This document shows, piece after piece, positions 50,310-60,051 of a stretch of 64,000 bases of DNA; position 1 is the stretch's first letter, and each line of letters opens with the position of its first letter. The position numbers and the translations under genes are program-made. This DNA comes from Macrostomum lignano (taxonomy: Eukaryota), in contig NIVC01001389.1 of NCBI GenBank assembly GCA_002269645.1, positions 186,001 to 250,000 on the forward strand. Reading direction: 5' to 3'. The notes below the pieces were generated by a model that ran no database searches, was not told the DNA's origin, and worked only from the letters and a program-made list of their open reading frames with translations.

Positions 50310-51297
50310 AAGAATCTGTCGCAGCTAACTGTCATACATCGCTTGGCCGCTTGGCAACAAGTTTTGCTCCATCAGAGTTCCTCGGTGTTGCAGGTTTCGT
50401 TCGCATCCTGCGCTGCACTCCCAACCTGGTCTGCCTTAGGGCGACCGGCTACAATAGTCTGGACGATGCCGCTAATCTCCAGCTGCCAGCGCTGCCTCAT
50501 CTTCGCCGGTCTGACCTAATCTTTCATGAAGCGCGCGCTGAGACCACAATGCCTCTGATTCAGCGAGTCCCCGCGCTCAAAGTCTTGTCATTCTGCGGCA
50601 ACATGTCGGTCACCGACTACCAGCGCATCGCTCAGAACCTGCCAGCCAACCTGACCCACCTGGTGCTGTTTCGCTCCGAAACCGACTGGACTCAAGTGGA
50701 CAGCCTGCCGCCGCTGCCCGCCAGCCTGCGGTACCTGGTGCTCGAGACATGGGGTGTGGAAACGACACCACAGCTGATCGGCGCAATAACTGCCTGCTCA
50801 GGTGAGCTGCTCTCTTTTCCGCTCATTATAACAAAGAGCCATAATGTTTTAAAATGAGAGTATTGACTCACCCCAACCCAGCTCTAGAGCACGTGACTCT
50901 GGCCAGCAGTGCCACTGACGACCTGCTGCCGGCTCTGCTCTCCTGGCTGCCCCGCCTGCGCTGCCTTCGCCTCACCGACTGCCGCCGCCTGACCAGCCAG
51001 GCCTGGGCGAATCTGCGACACCTGCAGAGCCTCGCCGCCTCGCCGTTGCCCGACCTGCACGAGTTCCGGATTGAGAATTGCAGCGAGTCCAGCCTCACTG
51101 ATGAGGCGGTGACCGATCTGTGCGCCAGTCCGGTCGCCAGGGGCCTGCGGCGGCTCCAACTTCACTCGTGCAACCAGCTGACCGCCGCCTCTCTCGCCAG
51201 CATCGCCAGCGGCTGCCCGTGGCTGTCAGAGCTGAAGCTGCTCGGCTCCCACCGGCTCATCAGACAGGCCGACCTGCAGGCCTTCCACTCTGCCTAA
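44767..51297 (+). CDS. F-box/LRR gene 5 (exons 44767-about 45393, about 50376-50801, 50882-51297); intron 1 swollen by nested elements; stop 20 codons earlier than gene 6
   Basis: F-box MEKILPDELL..., LRRs, phase-1 GT-AG junctions. TAA at 51295 where gene 6 has TAC. Confidence 0.75.
45684..46057 (-). mobile_element. tRNA-derived SINE, copy 3 (best preserved)
   Basis: Minus strand GGGGGCCG-TAGCCCAGCGG (A box)...GGCTCGATTCC (B box, 1 mismatch); 3' CCTCTAATAAAAAAA and poly(A). Confidence 0.88.
46455..50036 (-). mobile_element. hAT-like DNA transposon, 3582 bp
   Basis: Perfect 13-bp TIRs CAGGGTGTCCGCG; subterminal TTCCAGGTTT repeats; 8-bp flanks GATGATAT/GATGATGA inside the microsatellite (TSD ambiguous). 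Confidence 0.9.
46814..49423 (-). CDS. Spliced hAT-like transposase, about 774 aa (exons 49423-48896, 48796-48152, about 48047-47835, 47752-46814)
   Basis: BED-like finger C..C...H....H; CYDE (D1), SMDGPNVN (D2), CGLH, RWLEN, HGNATVESGFS (E). Phase-0 introns give an open frame; the exon-3 acceptor is the least certain. Confidence 0.8.
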
Positions 51298-52471
51298 CAG
51301 CGCTGCATCTCAGTAGAGCTGAGCGACTCTCCCAGCCTGTTAGAGTTTCATTTTTGAAGGCTCCCTCCAAGTTTCTTGGGCACATCGGACATTTGACTGA
51401 CATTGGATGCGGATGTAATGAAAATGAAATGTTTAAACTTTCTGTTGGTTGATGTGCGTTTAGACTATTCAATATTTTCTACAGCTAATGGTTGAAAATG
51501 TGTCTTTTCTACAACTGGAAACTCGAAACATGTTATTTTTTTAGTTTTCTTGTTTATTTCTTTAAAAATGAATAAAAATTCCGCTGTTGTTTATGCAGAC
51601 TTTTGAATCTTTAATTATTTCTGTAGCAAGTTGAACTTCCGTGTTTTTAAAGCTTTTAACGATGTTATATTTCTAAGAAATCTTTGATGCGCAGAAAGCA
51701 GAATTTGGACCAAGTTTATACGAATGAATTTTTAGGTTTCTCCTAACTTTTTTGAATAAAAAATAAAAAGGTAGCTATTATTCAATGTTTATTCGAATCT
51801 TTCGATTATTTAATCCTATTAGCATTGCCTAATTTCTTTACAGCGACACGCATACATAATCATGAAAGCTTCTGATCGTGCTTTCTGAAACAAGTCACAT
51901 ATTATACGATAATGCGACGTATATTTGAGAGCATATACGGATAAATAGTTTTTTTGTATAGTGGACTAGCCATTTAACCCCTTTCGGGTGGCTCCTGGGG
52001 TGCCTACGAGCTACAGCCCGCAACTGACGGAGCTCAGAACTCAGCTATTCAGCGGGTTTTCCTGCTCAGCCGAGAGCCTTGCAGAGCGTGAAGTCGCTGT
52101 GGCTTTCAGACTGTTTTCATGCCAAAGAGACTGTGTTCTCGTTCTCCTAAAAGTGTTGATTATATTTCTGCTAACTCTTTTGCATCCATATTAGTATTTA
52201 GTAGTGTCAGAGCTACAAGTCTTTGTTATGACCGAATGGAATATTTTTTGCAGCTTGAAATAATTTCTAAACGTAGCTGAAGTCTCCGATCACTGAAGAG
52301 CTTCAGTTGTCAGAAATCAGTGCAAATTCACAAATGCAAACAGACAGCAGGAGCGGCTGAACCTTCAAAGTTTAGCAGGCGAACACTTTTCATGGCTTCT
52401 TAAATGTTTCCAATTATGTTATTAGCATTATGATGGAAATGTTATAATGTTATACAATAAACAACTTCCAG

Positions 52472-55400
52472 CCCCACATTGAGCAGCTGCCAGAGGAGCT
52501 GCTCACGCAGATCCTGTCCGAGCTGGACCAGACCAGCCTCGGCCGGTGCGCTCAGCTGAGCAGGCGCTGGCGGCGGCTCGCGACGCAGCCGCGGCTGTGG
52601 CGCAAAATCCGCATTGACGGCCGCACCGCAGATGCCGAGCTGATGGAGCGGCTCAGAGACTGGCTGGGCGGCAGCGTGCGGGAGATCTCCGCCTGCGGAC
52701 TGACAGCCGAGCACCGGCTGCCACTGCTGCTGGCCGCATCCGCCAGCCTCACCTGCCTCAGCCTGAGCTGTCTCAGTCAAGCTGATGTCCTTGTGACCGA
52801 GGTGGCCCGCAACTGCCGCAGCCTTCAAAGCCTGCGCCTTCTTGACTGCCCGGCCGCGCTGTCAGCTGACTCGCTGAGCGGCCTGCTGTCCGGCTGTCTC
52901 AGCCTGTCGCTGCTGGAGGTCGGCGACAATCGCGATGAGGCCGACGTTGACTGGCTGGGAGATCAGCGGGTGCGCCGGCTCTTCCGCGAGCTGGCGGGCT
53001 GCCTCTCCAGCCTGTCCGCGCACTTCAACGGCGCTGCTGGCCTTCTGAGCGGCCTGCCTGCGTGCCCGCGACTTACCAGCCTGTCTGTTGTTGTCTCCCT
53101 GTGGCCAGGTGAGAACCAGGCGCACTTTATCTGCGTGACGCCATACAGTCAGCCTTGACGTAGGGCTTAAAAACCTAGAGACCTTAACTTCGCAGCTGTA
53201 TCAATAAGATTTTATTGACTTACATGCAGAAAATGAATATCGTAGCAGTTTACGTCGCTTTACTTATGTGCATTTCATTACTGACAGTGACACCAACCCC
53301 AATAAATTTGGAATAGAATTCGTGCAAGAATTAACAAAACATTCTCTGACTTTTGCAGACAAATCGACTATATTGTTGGAAACAGGGAAAAACTGTCTTT
53401 TCAGTCTGTGAAGGCACATTGTTACGCTGAGGCAAAGATACTATATTGCTGAGTCAATTAGCAAGCTGTCTTACGCCTGCAAGCTTGGGCTTCTAAACTT
53501 ATCAAAGTCATTTCAGCTTATGTATTCTTCTTTGCCACTGAACTGAAAGTAGAAAGCTGTTTTACTAAGTAATAGCTCGTATGCCTGAGTGGCCTATCTA
53601 GTTTTATTATGTATGTACATTGGCCAGTCCACTGAAATGTACATGGCCGCTTTAGACTGGAACTCCAAGAAAGGCAATAAAAATTGGGGTGGGGGTGGGG
53701 GTGTGGAAAGGCGCGGTTTCAGCAGGGGGGGTAAGAGCCAATAAATGAGCCTTGGCTTTAAAAATACATTAAAATGCTTCTGTTTAACTTACTACTGAAC
53801 TGAAAGTAGCTTACATGCAAATGTGCTGAGTGGCCCATCTTAGATATTCTAGCATCTGTGGGCTGAGGATTCCACTGGCGCTGTCAAGGCTTTTTTGCAA
53901 ACCAAAGTACCAGCTATAGAGTCCTGCATGGTTTTGAGTCTATGTTGACCTTCCCACCTGACTTGGCCGCAGCCGCAGGGCGGACATTACATTTAAGCAA
54001 GATTTACCTGTCCGTGCCTGACCAGGCTGTTCAGGAACCTCAGTTTTACGAGCGTATTTCAACGAGGAACCGAATATATAGTAAAAACTGCAAGCCAGAT
54101 GCAGCACCAAAAAAGTTTCCGTAGGGGTGAATCCCCACTTTGGTAGATCTGCTGCTAACCGGTCTTTCCTTTCTCAAGAGCTGCCAGGGCTGCTCAGCTG
54201 CGCTCCGAACCTGACCGACCTGACGGCGCGCGTCTTGGAGCCGTCCGACTCGCCACCAGGCCGCCCGCAGCTGCCGGCGCTGCCCCGCCTGACCCGCCTG
54301 AGACTCGCCGATGAGAGCTGCTGGACAGCCGAGTCCGTCCTGCAACTGCTGGCCGGCTGCCCGCGACTCGGCAGTCTCAGCCTGCACTGCTGGTGGCAGG
54401 CGACCGGCCCGGACTATCGGCACATTGTGCGGGCCCTGCCGCCCGGTCTGGCCGAGTTGAGCCTCTGCGGCTTCGGCTGGGCCGGCGTGGACGCAGCGGA
54501 CCTGGCCGAGCCGCTGGCACCCAGCCTGCGCCGACTGCAGCTCTGCGGGCCCGGCAGCTGCGTCAGCGGAGCCCGAGTGATGGAGGCTCTGGCCAGCTGC
54601 TCGGGTAATTGCTGCACTGAAATGCATTATTCCACGAGGTATGTTGGGTGTCCTTGGTCTTCTGGCCTCTCAATAGTATGGCTCTTTAATAATTTCGGTT
54701 ATCAATGCGAGAGCCAAATAGCTGAGACGGCGGATTCAACTGACTTTTCCTGATGCTGGCAATCGCGTGATGTTAACTTACAGACCGTTGTACTTGATGT
54801 CCGCAATCTAAATGATGTTGTCTCACAGTTGACTACACTTGCCCTAATGGCCGGATGTGCAACCCGACAGCTCAGCCGCAGCTATTGCGCAGCACATCGG
54901 AAGGCTGCGTACGGCTGTTCAGTCCAAGGACTGGGGGGGACCACCACACACCCTCAATTACCCCAGCTAATGCTGGCAGAGTTGAATGTCTTGCTCAAGG
55001 ACACAAGCTTCTTGTTTGGTTTCAACAGCGGTTTATATAGGTTTTCAGTCTTTCGCATTGAAGGATAATCTAGATGGTACATGACTGCTTTTCATTGGCG
55101 GATTCGAATATTCTGCATCTTGTGCCTTGGCCTTGGATGTACTTTGAATTGAGTGCTGCTGTTAGCATGCGGATCGTAATCATGATTTTGCTTCTTCCCT
55201 TGCAAACAGGCCTGACCCACCTGACCCTGGATGTGAGCCATGACGACCTGCTGCCGGCTCTGCTCTCCTGGCTGCCCCGCCTGCGCTGCCTCCGCCTCAC
55301 CGACTGCAGCCGTCTGACCCGCCAGGTCTGGGCGAATCTGCGAGACCTGCAGAGCCTCGCCGCCTCGCCGCTGCCGGACCTACACGAGTTCCGGGTTGAC

Positions 55401-55682
55401 AACTGCATGGAGTCCCGCCTCACTGATGAGGCGGTGACCGATCTGTGCGGCAGTCCGGTCGCCAGGGGCCTGCGGAGACTGAGCCTGCACCCGTGCAACC
55501 AGCTGACCGCCGCCTCTCTCGCCAGCATCGCCAGCGGCTGCCCGTGGCTGTCAGAGCTGAAGCTCTTCGGCTCCCACCGGCTCATCGGGCAGGCCGACCT
55601 GCAGGCCTTCCACTCTGCCTACCAGCGCTGCATCTCAGTAGAGCTGAGCGGCTCTCCCAGCGTGCAGGAGTTCTATTTTTAA
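52472..55682 (+). CDS. F-box/LRR gene 6 (exons 52472-53108, 54179-54604, 55210-55682; upstream start exon not resolved)
   Basis: F-box and LRRs; GT-AG phase-1 introns in frame. Confidence 0.82.
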
Positions 55683-55709
55683 AGACTCCCCAAGTCTCTT
55701 GGGAGCATT

Positions 55710-56430
55710 GGACTGACATTGGACACTGGACAATGGACACTGGACAATGGACACTGGACATTGGACACTGGACAATGGAAACTGGACAATGGACACTGGC
55801 CAATGGACACTGGACATTGGACACTAGATATTTAAGACACTGGATATTTTAGACACTGGATATTTTAGACACTGGATATTTTAGACACTGGATATTTTAG
55901 ACACTGGATATTGGACATTGGACATAGGACATTGGACATTGGACATTGGACATAGGACATTGGACACTGGATATTGGACACTGGATATTGGCACTGGACA
56001 TTGGACATTGGACACTGGATATTGGGCATTGGACATATGACATTGGACATTGGACACTGGATATTGGACACTGGATATTGGACACTGGATATTGGACACT
56101 GGATATTGGACACTGGACATTGGACATTGGACATTGGACACTGGACATTGGACATTGGACATTTGACACTGGATATTGGACACTGGATATTGGACACTGG
56201 ACAATGGACACTGGACAGTGGACACTGGACAATGGACACTGGACATTGGACACTGGACATTGGACACTAGACATTGGACACTGGACATTGGACAGTGGAA
56301 ATTGGACCTGGATATTTTAGACACTGGATATTGGACATAGGACATATAACATAGGACATTGGACACTGGACATAGGACATAGGACATTGGACACTGGACA
56401 TTGGACATTGGACATAGGAAATTGGACAAA
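55710..56430. repeat. 7-bp-based minisatellite (TGGACAC/TGGACAT/TGGATAT)n in the 3' region of gene 6
   Basis: Directly visible. Confidence 0.95.
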
Positions 56431-58053
56431 GGATGTTAATCTGTTGTATTTTATATAGCTGTGTAAACTGAAAGTTTCATTTGTATGTTTTCTGTTGGAG
56501 CTGAACAATTAGAAACTTTGGAGTGGTGCAGTCAATATATGCCGCTTCCTGATAAGCAAAGCGGGCACAGAGGCTCCCCTGGCCAGAGACTAAGAAGAGA
56601 GCTGCTTTAATAGCTACGGTACTTAATACTATAAGAAAGTTTGCATCACTCTACGCTCGCAACGAGTGTTCTCTATTCCAGCTAACCAGCATGTCTGCTG
56701 TACAGGTGAGAGAATTGATTTCAATTAAGCATGAAGTTACATGCTTTTGTAAAAACATTAGAAAACTTGAAATCTTTCGGTCCGCTCCAACAATAATAGT
56801 CCCGGAGGAAGCAATTCCGAATATCTAGTGAACCAACCGTGTCCCATGAGGGTTGAGGACTCGGACGTCCTTCAGATTTTCTTCTTACTTCTGGCGCATA
56901 TCTCCTCCTATAGTTGACGTGGCTCTTCGGTGTGTGAAGCGTGTATGGAGACTACGAGCTACATGGCCGTTGCATTTCCCGGGGTAGAGCTCGTCCAACT
57001 GGGAGACGCCCAGGTCCCGCCTGATTCTGCGATATTTGCAAACCGAACCTGGTTGCAGCACAAGTACGCAACAGTCAGCGGTCCACTGGCAACAGCACTG
57101 CATTAAAATGACTCGTACTGCACGGTCGCACGAGAGCCAGAGAGACTAAGAGCGGGAAGGCCCGCGCTTTAAATAGCAAAGGGGAGAGAGGGGAGGGAGG
57201 CGGGGGATAGTCAGCCACGACACCCCCCCTTTGCCGGCCAGCCAATCACGAGGCGCCGCGGCACAGGGCAGAGAAGAAACTGGGGCTGAGAGGTAAGAAA
57301 CAAGCCCCCAAACCCCGATCTGACCCATCCGGGCCAGCCAGAGCAAGGGAGAGAGAGGAGGAGGCAGCACAACACAACAGATGTGATCCGTCAGCGTAGC
57401 TGTAAACCTCTCAAGACAGTCGAGGTGCTGAAAAGCCTTCGGGTTTTCTTTGAAGCGCTCCCTGACTTGTCCACAGATCGAGAGGCTCTCCGACGCGCTG
57501 CTCACGCGGATTCTGTCCGAGCTAGACCACCAATGCCTCGGCCGGTGTGCTCAGCTGAGCAGGCGCTGGCGGCGGCTCGCCGTGCAGCCGCAGCTGTGGC
57601 GCTCAGTGCCAGTCCGGATCCGAGGCCGGAACCTGCCGTCCCGCCTGCCCGAGTCGCTGCTGGAGCTGCAGGTGGAGGTCGGTGCGGGCGCCAAGCTGTC
57701 GCCTTTGCTCAGATGGCTGCCGGTTCTACAGCGCCTCTCCATCGCTGACTGCAGCTTCGCAGACTCGCAGAATCCGCTGATCGCTTTGGGTCGGAGCTGC
57801 CCGGACCTGCGCGAGCTCCGCCTTCAGTTCTGCCGGAACGCGCTGACAGCGGCCTCGTTGAGCAGCCTGGTAGCCGGCTGTCCGAGACTGTCCCTGCGCC
57901 GACGATGATGACGAAGTATTCGCGCTTTTTTTCCAGCTGGTGCCGCGCCTCTCCAGCCTCGATGTGGTGCATCAAAGTGCACAGTTCGTTTCATCGGCCT
58001 GGTTCGCTCGGTTCAAAGATCTGCTGCCCGAGTGCCCGCGGCTCGCCAGCCTC

Positions 58054-58680
58054 TCCATCTTCTCCTGGGACTGGACCCGTGAGTCAGATCTCCTGGGACT
58101 GGACCCGTGAGTCAGATCTCCTGGGACTGGACCCGTGAGTCAGATCTCCTGGGACTGGACCCGTGAGTCAGATCTCCTGGGACTGGACCCGTGAGTCAGA
58201 TCTTACCCTGGGACTGGACCCGTGAGTCAGATCTTCTCCTGGGACTGGACCCGTGAGTCAGATCTCCTGGGACTGGACCCGTGAGTCAGATCTCCTGGGA
58301 CTGGACCCGTGAGTCAGATCTCCTGGGACTGGACCCGTGAGTCAGATCTTCTCCTGGGACTGGACCCGTGAGTCAGATCTCCTGGGACTGGACCCGTGAG
58401 TCAGATCTTCTCCTGGGACTGGACCCGTGAGTCAGATCTTCTCCTGGGACTGGACCCGTGAGTCAGATCTTACCCTGGGACTGGACCCGTGAGTCAGATC
58501 TTGTTCTGGGACTGGACCCGTGAGTCAGATCTTCTCCTGGGACTGGACCCGTGAGTCAGATCTTGTCCTGGGACTGAACCTGTGAGTCAGATCTTCTCCT
58601 GGGACTGGACCCGTGAGTCAGATGTTACCCTGGGACTGGACTCGTGAGTCAAATCTTACCCTGGGGCCGGACCCGTTACT
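58054..58680. repeat. 28/31-bp junction repeat (ATC[TTC]TCCTGGGACTGGACCC|GTGAGTCAG)n, about 21 copies
   Basis: The first unit is the exon end plus the GTGAGT donor. Confidence 0.96.
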
Positions 58681-59214
58681 TATATCTTTTTATCACACAC
58701 TCTGGGCGCCTTTTGATGGGGCGCCAGAGTGCGGATAATGCTGGAAGACCAATTTTCACTGATATACTCGGTTTTCCAATTTGAGCTGAGAAAATTTCTG
58801 ATTACAGAGTTTCTGCAGCTGCTGAGCAAGACGCCGAACCTGAAGGACCTCACAGTCAACTGCATTGGGTCGCTGGAAGAAAGATTTCATCAAAAGAAGT
58901 TTCAGCTGCCTTCCCTCCGTAGCATTCGCGTCTGCGACCTCCACCGCAACCGCTGGAGCTCCGAGTCCGTGCTGGCTCTGTTGAGCTGCTTCCCGGAGAT
59001 CTGCAGCATCGGCCTCAGCCTGAATATGGCTGATGGGGAGCTTCAGCAGCTGCTCCGAGCGCTGCCTGGCAACCTGGAGGAGCTTCAGGTTAGCGTGCAG
59101 AGGTACGAGAAGCAGGTGGTGGACAGCCTCTTTGACAAGCTGCCAGCCTGCCTGTGGTCTCTCCAGCTGGAAGGCTTCATGGACTGCGGAATGCAGCTGG
59201 TTGAAGCCTTGAGT

Positions 59215-59570
59215 GGCTGCTCAGGTGAGCGGGTCTGGCGCTGGTGTGGGCTGGTGGCTGCTCAGGTGAGCGGGTCTGTTGCTGATGTGGACTGGTGGCT
59301 GCTCAGGTGAGCGGCTCTGTTGCTGGTGTGGGCTGGTGGCTGCTCAGGTGAGCGGGTCTGTTGCTGGTGTGGGCTGGTGGCTGCTCAGGTGAGCGGGTCT
59401 GTTGCTGCCTGGTGTGGGCTGGTGGCTGCTCAGGTGAGCGGGTCTGTTGCTGGTGTGAGCTGGTGACTGCTCAGGTGAGCGGGTCTGTTGCTGGTGTGGG
59501 CTGGTGGCTGCTCAGGTGAGCGGGTCTGCAGCTGGTGTGGGCTGGTGGCTGCTCAGGTGAGCGGGTCTGG
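59215..59570. repeat. 41-bp junction repeat making up essentially the whole last intron of gene 7
   Basis: Nine CAG|GTGAG copies; the same unit as at 39025-39370. Confidence 0.95.
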
Positions 59571-60051
59571 CGCTGGATGTCTCTAGCGACAACCTGCTGC
59601 CGGCTCTGCTCTCCCGGCTGCCCCGCCTGCGCTGCCTTCACCTCACCGGCAGCAGCCGCCTGACCCGCCAGGCCTGGGCGAACCTGCGCGCTTGGCCAGC
59701 CGCGACCCCGCCTGACTTGCAGGAGCTCGCGCTGCTTGGCTGCGCCTTCCGTGGCGTCACGGACGACGCCGTGGCCGACCTGAGCGCCAGTCCGATTGCC
59801 AGAGGCCTGCGGCGGCTCGCTCTGTGCAAAAGCTTCTTCTTGACCTCCGCCGCTCTCGCCAGCCTCTCCAGCGGCTGCCCCTGGCTGCCCAGCCTGTGTC
59901 TGCGCGGCCTGCGCAGCCTCGAGGCCTCCGATCTGCGAGCCTTCCGCTCCGGCTTCGAGCATCAGGTGAACATCGAGCTGGAGAACTGGCCTGTCTGGGG
60001 GTCCGAGCCCTGGCTTGCAAGCCGGGTGAGTCCCTGATTTCTGTAGCTCTG

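Larger units (their letters stand above)
56691..60037 (+). pseudogene. F-box/LRR gene 7 (exons 56691-56705, 57477-58079, 58808-59224, about 59560-60037), frameshift near 57897
   Basis: MSAVQ|IERLSDALL F-box. The frame changes at CTGTCCCTG|CGCCGACGATGA and LRR sequence continues in another frame to a phase-1 donor. Confidence 0.72.

Noticed and set aside
45461-50519. Poly-Asp and poly-Met proteins, including an acidic extension of F-box gene 5
   Set aside because: Translations of the (GAT)n microsatellite. Gene 5 has a phase-1 donor near 45394, before the tract.
54830-55020. CTTGCTCAAGGACAC motif resembling SINE/LINE tails
   Set aside because: Single short match; no boundaries or second copy in the window.
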